From: an uncultured Candidatus Binatia bacterium
GTDB taxonomy: Bacteria > Desulfobacterota > Binatia > UBA9968 > CAXXLF01
DNA length: 64,000 nucleotides
Assembly: GCA_965218425.1 (NCBI GenBank)
Contig: OZ244621.1
Coordinates: 2,752,001 to 2,816,000, forward strand
Reading direction: 5' to 3'
In this document: positions 20,053 to 30,334 of the stretch, piece by piece
Layout of the letters: each line of letters opens with the position of its first letter
Numbering within the stretch: position 1 is the stretch's first letter
Translations under genes and position numbers: made by a program
Notes under the pieces: model-generated
Databases searched by the model: none
Told to the model about the DNA's origin: nothing
What the model saw: the letters and a program-made list of their open reading frames with translations, nothing else

Positions 20053-22371
20053 TCAGTCCTTCACCCCTACAAGCCGGTCAAGAAAACCATAGGCAGGATG
20101 GTAATGAGTAGCGGGAGCCACTTTCAAAAATCGTCCCAGAGATGAGCATGATTTAGCAAACCGCCTTGGGACCGGCACAACGAATCCATCCGTTGGCTGC
20201 CTATGCTTTACTGCCAAAAGCCAGTCCTGCATATCGATGTCGAGGATGGCGGGCACCGTGAATTCCTCTCCCTCTCGATATGCGTAACTCATCGCATAAC
20301 AACCACTTTCCAAAAAACTGCTGAACCGTTCGGGTTCACGCTGGACGGGCTGATGTTCGGCCATAGTCGCTTCCAAGTATGCTTGAGAGAAGACTTTTCC
20401 ATCAAGTACGTGTATGAAGGATTGAGCGTCGCTGATTTCTTCGGGCTTATAGGGAAGGCCATCTGTCGCTGGATAAACATAGACTTCTCCACATTTCCCA
20501 TCTCCAGGCTTTCCTCTTCTGTTACAACGCCCCATCCTCTGAATGAGAGCAGTAATCGGCGCGTATTCTGAAAGTAAAACATCAGCGTCGAGATCCAGGC
20601 TCATCTCACAAACTTGGGTCGTGACTGCGAGGAAAGGGCCTGTCTCTCCCTGAAATGCGTTGATGACCGACTTATGTTGTGTCCTCCGATCAGTAAGTCT
20701 GAAGCGACTGTGGTAGCACTGGACTATCCCGTCACCGAACTGTTGCCCCATTGAGAGCGCAATATCCTGACATTTCCTAACCTGGTTAGTAACCCACAGC
20801 ACTTTCTTCTTTTCTTGAAGAGCTTGCCGGGCTTTTCTCTCTGCGTCCTCGCGTGAAGTAATATGGAGGCGGTAGCGGGGGTGTTCGGCTCTTTCTTTCA
20901 AGTCGTCGAGATTGTTAAGCGTTTCAGGAAAAAGCTGCAGGCCGCACTCGTCAACTAAGGTGCGCCGCCTCCCCTCTGACAGTGTGGCAGTCATGCACAG
21001 CACAGGGACATCAAACTGTTTGAGAAATGTCGTAAAAGCAGAAAACATCGCTTTGTCAAAACTATGGATCTCATCTACAACGATGACGCTATCGACAAGC
21101 AGAGGCAGTAGGCACAATGGGCCATATTGGTTTTGCATGAAGGCTAAAAACTGGTCTGCTGTCGCACTGAAAAGACGTTTTTGCCAGAATCCTAGTGCGT
21201 AGAGACGTTGTTCCGTAGTGAAATTCTTCTCCGTTCGGGTATCAGCAGGATTTTCAAACATTTCCTCCAGGTCATAGGCTGCTGTACCATGAGCCAGCGC
21301 TGCATCTTCTTCCGGAGCCCAGGCTACATAGTCCCGAAAGCCTTCCGTTGCGGTCGCACGTGTTGGATAAAGAAAGAGCACACGGGTCGCCGGCTTTTTC
21401 TGTAGGCGCGTCGCAATCCAGTTCCAGGCTGCCAGGGTTTTTCCGCTTCCACATGGAGCGAGCAAGAGGGCTCGCTCGCTAAGGGTGCTCGCCTGCTTCT
21501 GGAAATCTTGGAGCTTAAAATTGCTTTCGGTTTTTCTCTCGATCTCCCGAACGCGGGGAAAAATAACTTTGTCACGGATGTCCTGAGCTGAAAGAGGATC
21601 TCCAAATGAAGCTTTTAACCAGCTTTCAAGATCATGACCTTCCCGGACTACGCCTGACCCTGCCGAGTCCGCGGCGAGGAGGGCTGCCTTTACGCTGCAC
21701 AGAAATGAAAGCTGCTGTGGATCTTTACTTATTGCTCTCCCAAAACGATGTGCTTGGTGTTTTGCGGAATTAAGGAGGTCCGTGAGATTGAATAAAGAAG
21801 AGGAGTCTGTCTGGAAACTCCAGAAAAGAGGAATATTGGGTCGAAAGGGGACTGGCAGGCTAAGTGTCTCACCAATAACGTCAAGCAGCTCTGTAAAACC
21901 GCTTTTATCTCCGAGAACGCGGAATGAATCGCTCATCCCTAGCGGTTGACCCCAGCGGTCTGGATCAATCTTTAGGTGGTGAGAGATAACGCTGGATAGC
22001 ACGACATCGAAGTCGAGCAGAGGATTGCAACTAAGCCACCATTTGAAATCCGGCAAACTTAATAAAAGACCGCTCAAATGTTCGTGACGAATGCTTTGGT
22101 CGCCGTTTCGTCTGACAACTTTTTGGAATCCATCATTTGCTTTGCCAAGATCATGGCAGGCTGCGGCTGCTAACGTATTCATGAGAAAACGTTCATAGTC
22201 CTCATTTTTCAGGCGGAAAAAGCGTAGCCATTCCCGAGCGAGACGTGTAGGGGCATTGGCATTGCCGTAAAGCAACTCTACGGATGCCATAATATCCTTT
22301 GTGTGGCACAGCAACGTTTTTGGTTGCCTACCTGGAATTGGACTTTTTGCTAAGATTATTCCTTCCATCAA
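20053..22371 (-). CDS. cas3: Cas3 HD nuclease-helicase
   Basis: HDLGKAN, APCGSGKT, DEIH, MTAT, QRMGRCNR. Confidence 0.97.
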   Translation of the reverse strand: MMEGIILAKSPIPGRQPKTLLCHTKDIMASVELLYGNANAPTRLAREWLRFFRLKNEDYERFLMNTLAAAACHDLGKANDGFQKVVRRNGDQSIRHEHLSGLLLSLPDFKWWLSCNPLLDFDVVLSSVISHHLKIDPDRWGQPLGMSDSFRVLGDKSGFTELLDVIGETLSLPVPFRPNIPLFWSFQTDSSSLFNLTDLLNSAKHQAHRFGRAISKDPQQLSFLCSVKAALLAADSAGSGVVREGHDLESWLKASFGDPLSAQDIRDKVIFPRVREIERKTESNFKLQDFQKQASTLSERALLLAPCGSGKTLAAWNWIATRLQKKPATRVLFLYPTRATATEGFRDYVAWAPEEDAALAHGTAAYDLEEMFENPADTRTEKNFTTEQRLYALGFWQKRLFSATADQFLAFMQNQYGPLCLLPLLVDSVIVVDEIHSFDKAMFSAFTTFLKQFDVPVLCMTATLSEGRRRTLVDECGLQLFPETLNNLDDLKERAEHPRYRLHITSREDAERKARQALQEKKKVLWVTNQVRKCQDIALSMGQQFGDGIVQCYHSRFRLTDRRTQHKSVINAFQGETGPFLAVTTQVCEMSLDLDADVLLSEYAPITALIQRMGRCNRRGKPGDGKCGEVYVYPATDGLPYKPEEISDAQSFIHVLDGKVFSQAYLEATMAEHQPVQREPERFSSFLESGCYAMSYAYREGEEFTVPAILDIDMQDWLLAVKHRQPTDGFVVPVPRRFAKSCSSLGRFLKVAPATHYHPAYGFLDRLVGVKD

Positions 22372-22953
22372 CTAGCCTCTCCACGGCACGAACACACCAC
22401 AACCCATCCGCCTACGACCACCTAAGCCGTTCTCTTGGAGGGTCAGGGATTCCTCTGCTGTGAGTTGGGTGACGAATAATTCAAATCCAACCACCTGCTT
22501 GTCCTTGACCCGGAAGGTGCGCCGCTGGCCCAAGGTGGCCTCGCACGTAACGTCGAGACTTTGCAACTTGCGCTGTACGGCTTCGAGAAAGTCCGCCTCT
22601 TCAAGAAATCCCTTGATCGTAACCAATCGAGCGCGGAGACGGGCGGCTGGCAGGAGCATACGGACTTCCGGTACACCCACGCTGAGAGGGTGTTCGTCCA
22701 CGTCCAATCTTTTCCCGGCCAGCTTTAGATAAGAACGAATCCGGTCATCTGGAAGGCGCAGTATCAAACGAGAAAAATCCATTAATTGGAGTTTCCCGTT
22801 TCCGTTATACATGCCGCGAATAGGCTGAACGCCAAGGGCTTTTGCCTCGTGTATCTCCGGAACAACCCGGCTCAGCGCCGCGTATAAAGCATAGCCATGG
22901 TCAACGGGAACGGTCGATCCGTTCAGGCGAAAAGCTAGATCAATATGCGGCAT
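22372..22953 (-). CDS. cas6: Cas6 (Cmx6 type)
   Basis: MPHIDLAFRLNGSTVPVDHGYALY..GLGGRRRMGCGVF; the longer ORF runs into module C. Confidence 0.93.
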   Translation of the reverse strand: MPHIDLAFRLNGSTVPVDHGYALYAALSRVVPEIHEAKALGVQPIRGMYNGNGKLQLMDFSRLILRLPDDRIRSYLKLAGKRLDVDEHPLSVGVPEVRMLLPAARLRARLVTIKGFLEEADFLEAVQRKLQSLDVTCEATLGQRRTFRVKDKQVVGFELFVTQLTAEESLTLQENGLGGRRRMGCGVFVPWRG

Positions 22954-23039
22954 TGCGATGGAACTGTTGTCAAATTGTGGGTAAAAAGATCCCGGCGGCG
23001 ACTCTGGTTCTTTCGATTTGAACCCCGTCTCAGTATACA

Positions 23040-23190
23040 AAGAGGTCAAATCTTTTATTGACAAATAAAATCTTCCGGATTTTCCATCCGCCTCACGCTT
23101 TAAGTGAATCCCAAAATCGGCGTCAGGCTTGCCTTCTTGCTATTTGGGTTTCCATCCCTTTCGGATTCCGGCCTGTATTGCACCGATTCA
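23040..23190. repeat. Module C (+) joined to truncated module A (-), same junction as at 6530
   Basis: AAGAGGTCAAATCTTTTATTGACA..TAAGTGAATCCCAAAATCGGCGTCAGGCTTGCCTTCTTGC. Confidence 0.9.
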
Positions 23191-23471
23191 CGTCACCCCG
23201 GCCGAAAAGGCAATTGTTCCAGTCAGCGCCCATACGGTCGGGGTGGCGTCTTTCGCGTGCGGCTTCGACGACGTATCGAATGACACTGAACTCCGACCAT
23301 CGGTCCGGAACTTCAAGCGTGCCCACACCAAAGTCGGATCACTGTCTTAATGATAAGCCTGTCTCGCGCGAGTTGTGAAATGGAAAGATTTGGGGCTCAG
23401 GGCTAATTCAATTTGGGCAAATGCGGGGGTCGTTGCCGCCGTCGTTGCGGGGGCTCGACGGCGATGCGGGG

Positions 23472-23750
23472 CCGGAGTCATTCTTGCCTTCTTGCTATCC
23501 TGGGTTTCCTTCCCTTTCGGATTCCAGCTTGTACTGTGCCAACTCTCCTCCGCAATGTCCTGTCCATCTGGACGTGGTGTTCTAAGGCATGGATCCGATC
23601 CTTTCTCGTCGATTGCATTTACCTGAGCGTGTCGCTTGTGATAGTCTAACCCGACGTAAAGCATGGGGTCTTCTCCTTTCAGGTTTGACGGCCGCTACAA
23701 CCGCCATCCTGCTGGAGCTTGGCCCCATTTTCATGTAACCTGACGCCGGT
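23472..23750 (-). repeat. Repeat modules B+A
   Basis: Encodes MLYVGLDYHKRHAQVNAIDEKG; ends CGGCGTCAGG and TGACTCCGG. Confidence 0.9.
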
Positions 23751-23792
23751 TTTTGTTTGTCAATCGTAAGATTCGAAAGGAGACAAAACGGG

Positions 23793-24848
23793 ATGCGATA
23801 CTCCCGCTTATTGATACAAGGCATTCTGATACTGCTGACAATTTGTTCTGTTCAAAACGCGTTTGCCCAGGCAACGAATACTCCTCTTTATGTTGACCTT
23901 AACAAAACATTGGGTTTTATCATAGGACAACGTTTCACGCTAAATCGCATCAAGGCTGAATACCCAGCCTTATCTTTGCGAGTTATTGAGGTAGAACTTA
24001 AATTCAAGCTTTCTTTTGGCACTGCTGAAAAGAATATTCAGAAGGCCCTGAGAGACAACCTCAAGGATCGATATTCTGAATATATCGCATCAATGGAGAA
24101 TCAGATCGAGTCTACTTTGATTTCTCAACAGATAAATCAAAAAATTGCCGTGCATTTTCTTCGTAAGGTAGAGTCCAGAGCAAAGGGGAAAGTACCTTCT
24201 CCGATGCTTGAAACCCTTTTAAGTTATCAGTTTGAGGATAGGCCGGCCCAAGAATTCAATCGAGGATTTAAGGCTGTATATCGGACAAAAGGGCATCCCA
24301 AAGCAAAGGGTTTAGATTTTCAGGTAGAGTATCCGAAAAGCTGGTTATCGCAAGAGGGAAAGAGACCCAACATCATTCAGATTTTCAGTAGCAACAACGG
24401 AAGAGGGCCTGTTTATGCATTGATCATGACACGCGACCTTATGAAAGATGCGCAAGGGGAGCTAACTGGTGAAGAGATTACGGCTCTTAAAACACTTGAA
24501 TGGAGCGAGGAGTTAGCTTCGGAAATCTTTTCGGATGGTAGCCTTCGAGAAATGGCAAAAGGCATTGGTATGGACAATGTCCGAGACATAGTCACCAAAA
24601 GAGTTGTATTGGATGGTTGGCCCGGAGCGATGCTTTCATTAATAGGCGATATGCAGCGCATTGATACTATACTGACGATGTACAACCGGGTGTATATCGC
24701 CATATATAAAAATTACATGCTTTTCTTGCAACTTCAGATTGCGAAGTTGCCAAGTGATACGGAGGGCGCTCTGAAAGCTAGGGTCTCAAAGATTTTACCG
24801 CTTTTTCGCCTTATGGCAAATAGCTTGGTGATACAAAGTCAATATTGA
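23793..24848 (+). CDS. Secreted hypothetical protein
   Basis: 351-aa AT-rich ORF with signal peptide ..QNAFA. Confidence 0.8.
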   Translation: MRYSRLLIQGILILLTICSVQNAFAQATNTPLYVDLNKTLGFIIGQRFTLNRIKAEYPALSLRVIEVELKFKLSFGTAEKNIQKALRDNLKDRYSEYIASMENQIESTLISQQINQKIAVHFLRKVESRAKGKVPSPMLETLLSYQFEDRPAQEFNRGFKAVYRTKGHPKAKGLDFQVEYPKSWLSQEGKRPNIIQIFSSNNGRGPVYALIMTRDLMKDAQGELTGEEITALKTLEWSEELASEIFSDGSLREMAKGIGMDNVRDIVTKRVVLDGWPGAMLSLIGDMQRIDTILTMYNRVYIAIYKNYMLFLQLQIAKLPSDTEGALKARVSKILPLFRLMANSLVIQSQY

Positions 24849-24896
24849 GCATCTAACTGGGTGCTCCACCGGACGGCAATTCCACTATGCTGGGGC

Positions 24897-25070
24897 CGGG
24901 GTCATGCTTGCCTTCTTGCTATTCTGGGTTTCCTTCCCTTTCGGATTCCAGCTTGTATCGTGCCAGTTCTCTCTTGGAATGTCCTGTCCGTCTGGACGCG
25001 GTGTTCTAATCAGCGCAACCCACGGCTCATCGCTCCGGCATCACGGCTTGAATATCGGGTAGCCTCCATG
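24897..25070 (-). repeat. Repeat module A, long form, ending GCATGACCCCGG
   Basis: MEATRYSSRDAGAMSRGLR*LEHRVQTDRTFQERTGTIQAGIRKGRKPRIARRQA*. Confidence 0.88.
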
Positions 25071-25133
25071 AGTCGGCATCCGGCTTCTTCAACCCCTATC
25101 TTCGCCATAATCCGGCGTATCCGACTTATCTCT

Positions 25134-25247
25134 CTACACGTAGGCGTAGAGTTCGTAGCCGAATCGGGTTGGCAGCCCTTGAAGGATCGCAAGGTAGCGT
25201 TGGCGGTCATCGTCATCGCGGAAGATGAGGCGGCCTTGGTTGGCGCG
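25134..25247 (-). pseudogene. RAYT / Y1 HUH transposase internal fragment
   Basis: RANQGRLIFRDDDDRQRYLAILQGLPTRFGYELYAYV*, matching the RGN..IF.DD.DR..YL..LYAYVLM segment before the HUH motif. Confidence 0.75.
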
Positions 25248-25567
25248 GCGTGTCTATTTCATCGAGCACTTCAAATAGCAATAAGACATGCTTGACACCA
25301 TCCTCTTGCTGATTTCCGCAGGACCGAGACATTCACTCCCATGCTTGGCTTCGAGCAGTACATCCAGCACGGCTTCCTCTAGGCAAAATTCACCGATCCT
25401 GGCGAACTGTTTGGGTCTGATTCCACTCATGATCGAGCCTCCTTGTTTCTGTTTTCTACCAGTCGGATGGCTTGAAAGGATCTTTCTGATTCGATAGGGA
25501 TAGGATGGGTGTTTCTTACTGTGACCAGTATCCTGGATAATTCCCCAAAATTTGAAGGAGACCGAGT

Positions 25568-26038
25568 ATGACCATACGTAGAGTAGGATTGATCTTTGCC
25601 GTGTTTCTTGCAATGACCGTGCATCCGCAAATGGCCACTGCCGATTCAATGCTTGAATCCGAGAAGCAGAGAGTAGTCAAGCTTGTCGAGGAGGCAGTCA
25701 CGGTGGTGAACGCCAAGGGGAGAGACGCCTTTTCCATCTTTTACAAGAAAGGAACCATGTGGCGTAAAGGCGAAACCTACATTTTTATCGGTAACAGCGA
25801 TGGCGTGATGCTTTTCAATGCGAGCTCGGGAGGAGAGAATATAATCGATCCCCCGGACGCCAGACAGAGACCTCATCGTCAAGCCTTCGTCAAAACGATA
25901 ACAACCAAGGGTTCGGGATGGGTGAAGTATATGTGGCCCAAACCCGGCCAAAAAACACCGGCCAAAAAGATGAGCTATGTAAAGAAAGCGAAGCTGGGAG
26001 ACAAGATCGTATTCGTCGGATCGGGCATCTACTACTAG
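25568..26038 (+). CDS. Secreted single Cache-domain protein, possibly degraded centrally
   Basis: Signal peptide; ETYIFI..KGSGWVKYMWPKPG..KKMSYV..VGSGIY. Confidence 0.85.
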   Translation: MTIRRVGLIFAVFLAMTVHPQMATADSMLESEKQRVVKLVEEAVTVVNAKGRDAFSIFYKKGTMWRKGETYIFIGNSDGVMLFNASSGGENIIDPPDARQRPHRQAFVKTITTKGSGWVKYMWPKPGQKTPAKKMSYVKKAKLGDKIVFVGSGIYY

Positions 26039-26072
26039 GGATCAGTTGTCCCACCACTAATATGTGGTGTCA

Positions 26073-26450
26073 GCCTTTCCTTTCGGATTCCGGCTTGTAT
26101 CGTGCCGATTCTCTCTTGGAATGTCCTGTCCATTTGGACGCGGTGTTCTAAGCATGGATGCGATCCTTTCTCGTCGATGGCACTTACCTGGGCGTATCGC
26201 TTGCGATGGTCTAACCCGACGTAAAGCATGGGGTCTTCTCCTTTCAGGTTTGATGGCCGCTACAACCACCATCCTGCTGGAGCTTGACCCCTTTTTCATG
26301 TTACCTGACCCCCATGTTGGGTAATTTGGAGTGAAGAGTTACGGTGCGGCGGGCCGGGCGTGCCATGGGATTCACTTAAAGCGTGAGGCGGATAGAAGAT
26401 TTCGGAGGCGGCTGGAAAATCCGGAAGATGTTATTTGTCAACAAATGATT
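26073..26450 (-). mobile_element. Most complete composite C-B-A unit (putative non-autonomous RAYT-derived element), interrupted at its C end by IS3
   Basis: Minus strand: C end, ATGGCACGCCCGGCCCGC (MARPAR), GGGGTCAGG, GGGGTCAAG hairpin, IS110 start, module A. Confidence 0.75.
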
Positions 26451-27693
26451 TGAGGTAGCCCAGGTTTGACGGACACCTAAAAAGGGGACAAGATCCCCGC
26501 AGGAGGTGTTCGATGGGCAAGCGAAGGCGTTTCACCCAAGAGTTTAAGTTGGAAGCTGTTCGACTGCTGGAGGCGGGCGCTCGGCCAGCAGCGGAGATTG
26601 CACGGGAACTGGGAGTACCTCGCAATCGACTGTACAAGTGGCAGGAGCAAGTGACGAGGAAAGGGGCGGCTGCGTTTCCCGGCACAGGTCGAGGTAGAGA
26701 CAACGATGAGGTAGCACGGTTAAGGCGAGAGCTGGAGCGGGTAACGGAACAACGAGATATATTAAAAAAGGCCGCAGCGTACTTTGCCAAGGAGCTCAAG
26801 TAAAGTACGCGTTTATACGAGCTCACAGGACAGAGTTTAGGGTAGTGAGGATGTGCGAGGTATTAGAGGTCAGTCGTAGTGGGTACTACGACTGGAGCGG
26901 TGGAGGGGAGTCTCGGCGTAGAGCACAGGATAAGGTTGTGATCAAAGAGATCCGCAAGGTGCACGAGAGCTACAAGGAAGCGTACGGGGCAGTCAAGACA
27001 TGGCTGACGCTGAAGGAGGCGGGGGTGACATGTGGGAAGCATGGGGTGGCGAGGCTGAGGAGTTTAGTGGGGATAGAGACGCGTCGGGTGCAAAGGTTTC
27101 GATTGGCCTACAAGGCTCGTCACAGTGCGCCACCGGCACCGAACTTGTTGCGTCAACGCTTCGAAGCGTCAGGCCCCGACCAGGTATGGATGGCCGATAT
27201 TACCTTCATTGGTACCCGATCTGGGTGGTTATACCTGGCGGTAGTGGTGGACCTTTACTCTCGGCTGGTGGTGGGATGGTCAATGAAGCAACGTCCCACA
27301 CAGGAGTTGGTCAGTGAAGCTTTACTGATGGCTATCGAACAGCGCCAGCCTATGGCGGGGCTGATTCACCATAGCGACCAAGGAATCCAATACGCTAGCA
27401 ATCACTACGTTGAGTTGCTCAAACGCCATGGGGTGGTGCGCAGCATGAGCCGCAAAGGGAATTGCTACGACAATGCAGTGGTCGAGAGTTTGTTCAGCTC
27501 ACTAAAGAATGAACTTGTACACCATCAGGATTATAAGACGAGGCAGGACGCTAGGTCGGATATCTTCGACTACATTGAACTGTTCTACAACCGAAGAAGA
27601 AAGCATGAGTCGTTGGGATACCACACCCCAATGGCATATGACTCGATCAAACGTGTGGCTTAATTAACTGTCCGTGAAACCCGGGTCGCTTCA
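26451..27693 (+). mobile_element. Intact IS3-family element, 1243 bp
   Basis: IRL TGAGGTAGCCCAGGTTTGACGGACA; IRR (rc) TGAAGCGACCCGGGTTTCACGGACA; ATT 3-bp target duplication. Confidence 0.95.
26513..27663 (+). CDS. IS3 transposase OrfA (26513-26803) / OrfB joined by -1 frameshift
   Basis: AAAAAAG slippery site at 26764-26770; WMADITF, HHSDQG, DNAVVESLF DDE motifs. Confidence 0.95.
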
Positions 27694-27706
27694 ATTTGAC
27701 CCCTTT

Positions 27707-28935
27707 GTCGATTCGGGTAGAGAGCTCGAAGGGATCAGTTGTCTTAAGCGTGTGCTTGAGGGCTGCGAGCTTTTTGGGATCTCCCTTTCGGGACTCCACG
27801 ACCCGCTCAAAGGGGGTACAGGGCGTGTCATAGCGGCGAATAAGTCGAGAGCCTTTACGGATTTTGCATTGCAGTTTCATCGAGGGCTGGAACAGATTCT
27901 GGAAGATCCTAAGCTCATCATAGAGCTGGTTGGTGGACTCTTGGGCCTTTGCGGTGTCGTAGCGATCCCAGCCCATAAGCTTTCTGACATGGGTCCAGTT
28001 TTTCTGCTCGATGTGGGCGTTGTCGTCTTTTTTGTAGGGTCGCGGGCGGGTGAACTGGATAGTACGGCCAGCTGGGCGTTGTTGACAGAAAGCAAGAAGG
28101 TGGTTGTTGATGAACTCGCTGCCGTTGTCAGAGTCGATCCCCTTGAGAGGGAAAGGAAGCTGGTGTTCGATCTCGGTGACCGCATTCAAGATACCCAAGG
28201 CGCTCTTACCCATGACGGCCTTGCGCTCTACCCAGCAGGTAGCAATGTCGACACAGTCCAGGCTATGGACAAACTCCCCAACCGCTGAGGCCCCTGAGTG
28301 TGACACCAGGTCAATCTCCAGATAGCCCGGCCGGTTCACATCCCAATGATCGGTCTTAATGGGAATCATCTGCTTGAGCAGCGATCCGGGCCGAGTGGTG
28401 CCATAGAGTCGGCGTTTTACGATGTGCTTGGTTGCCCTCAGGCGCCGATCCATCTGACGGGCACTGATGGCCAGGAGCTGATCCTCTACCGATTGGGTCA
28501 GCTCGAAGTGTTGCCTTATCCAGGGCAACCAGTGCACAAGGGCGGCCTTCAGACGTTGGGAGCACAGATACCCCGAGGCCTCCCACACCTTTGCCAAAAT
28601 CCTTACCATCGCCCGACTGTATGTAGGAGAGTGTGGTGCACTCCGTTTGCGTACAGTCGTCTCGGGCAAGGGCCGGTTTAAAAGCCAGATGGCATATTTG
28701 CGGTTGTAGCCGCAAACCTTGTAGAATTCCTCTAACATCATCTTCTTCTCCGCCCGTTGTGCCTGGCGGTAACGTTCATAGATGGATCGTAAATACTCCC
28801 GCTTGGATCGTCGTGCCATGGTGAACCCTTCCATTGTTGTCCTCCTTGAGCCCTAACATGAGCCCTTGGAGGGTTAGAATTACAAATGGCGCAACGAATG
28901 GTCTTTGGGTTAGATTATACACGGCGCAATACGGC
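27707..28935 (-). mobile_element. DDE (rve) transposase, ISNCY-like (CDS from 28819), 3'-truncated at the module C end; repeated end motifs at 28871-28935
   Basis: PGYLEIDLVSHSG, DSDNGSEF, DDNAHIEQKN; two GGGTTAGA..GGCGCAA repeats upstream. Confidence 0.8.
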
Positions 28936-29110
28936 GGGTTGACATCATAGTCCGTTATCGGATACACTCTACCCCAAAGTGAAAGACGGGCGGCCAGTTT
29001 GGACGTCCTAGCGCTCCTTGGCACTTTCGAGAGTGCGCCGATAAGTGGCCGTGCCGGGAATCCTTGGCTTCTGGCAAGCTGGACCTCAAAAGGATAGTTC
29101 CACCAATAAG

Positions 29111-30334
29111 ATGACACCGAAAAACATTGGATCGAGCTCGCTGCTTTCTTTATCTTTGGGGTGCCTCTTGATGCCCAGGAGAATGAGAGGCTTGGCCCAG
29201 AATGGTTGAGTCTGGACGGTAGCGTTGGGCTCTTCGACAATAAGGATACAGCAAGGGAAATCGGCCGTAGAAAAAGTGCTTGGCGTCAATATCACCGGCT
29301 TCCTCGATACTAGCTACACCTGGAGTTCCAATCACCCAGGCTTTGGCAATGATGATGATCTCAGTGTTAGGGTATTCGACCTGGACCATAACGAGGTCGT
29401 CTGTAATCATTTTAACCTGACCCTAGAAAGGCCTGAGTCAGAGAAAGGCTGGGGGATTGGCGGTAAATTGGTAGCCGACTTTGGTCGGACGGCGGAACTG
29501 CTTAGGGAGGCCATCTTGTGGGGTGATAAGTTACAGACAGAGCCCTCGGCAGAGTTGCGCGAGGCTTACGTGACTACTACCCTTCCCATCGGAAAGGGGC
29601 TTGGAATACAAGGGGGGCTATTCGTGACGCTCCTTGGCACCGAAATTATCCCTAACCCAGGTGCATACAACGACAACATTTCCCGATCTTTCTTGTTCGG
29701 TTTTTCAATTCCTTTTCGGCATCTCGGCGTGCTGTTCAGTTACCCGCTCCATGATACGCTCACGCTCTCGGCTGGTCCCGTTACGGGCTGGGATAATCCA
29801 CGCGATAACAACACGGTACCCACATTCCTGGGCGGGCTGACCTTCGAGCCTACGGACAATTTCTCCTTTGTCAGCAGTCTTGTCTACGGCGCAGAGCAAG
29901 ACAACAACAGCGGTCGTAAGAGGTTCGCCTCGGCGAACATCGCAAGCTATAGCCCTATTGATCCGCTGTCCTTCATCGTCGAATACACTTATGGCTATGA
30001 GGAGAAGGTAACAGCGAGCTTACGCAACGGCACATGGCAAGGAGTAGCTGGGATAGTTTCTTTCAATTGGACAGACCGCTTCAATACAGCGTTCAGGGCA
30101 GAGTTCTTCCGTGACCACGATGGCACGCGTATAGGAGGAGAAATTGTAGGGGGCCAGGCGGACGTGAAAGTGAGGGAAATCACGTTTACCGGCACCTAGA
30201 AGTTTACCGGCCAGCTATGGGGACGTTTCGAGGTGCGTCAAGACTGGTCTGACGCAAGAGTTTTCCAAGAAGGCAACACTGGGGCCGATAAGAACCAGAC
30301 AAGTATTGGCCTGCAAGCCATCTACACGTTTTAA
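29111..30334 (+). pseudogene. Outer-membrane beta-barrel (putative porin) gene with degraded 5' end and in-frame TAG
   Basis: GLFVTLLGTE..NDNISRSFLFGFSIPFRHLG; after TAG at 30197-30199 the frame continues KFTGQLWGRFEVRQDWS..LQAIYTF*. Confidence 0.75.

Noticed and set aside
13370..23064. CRISPR-associated transposon (CAST)
   Set aside because: No tnsA/B/C or tniQ visible; cas3 and the adaptation genes are intact
22954..23064. N-terminal extension of cas6 (MSIKDL..)
   Set aside because: Begins inside module C; the same MSTKDL artefact appears at 7823 and 13087
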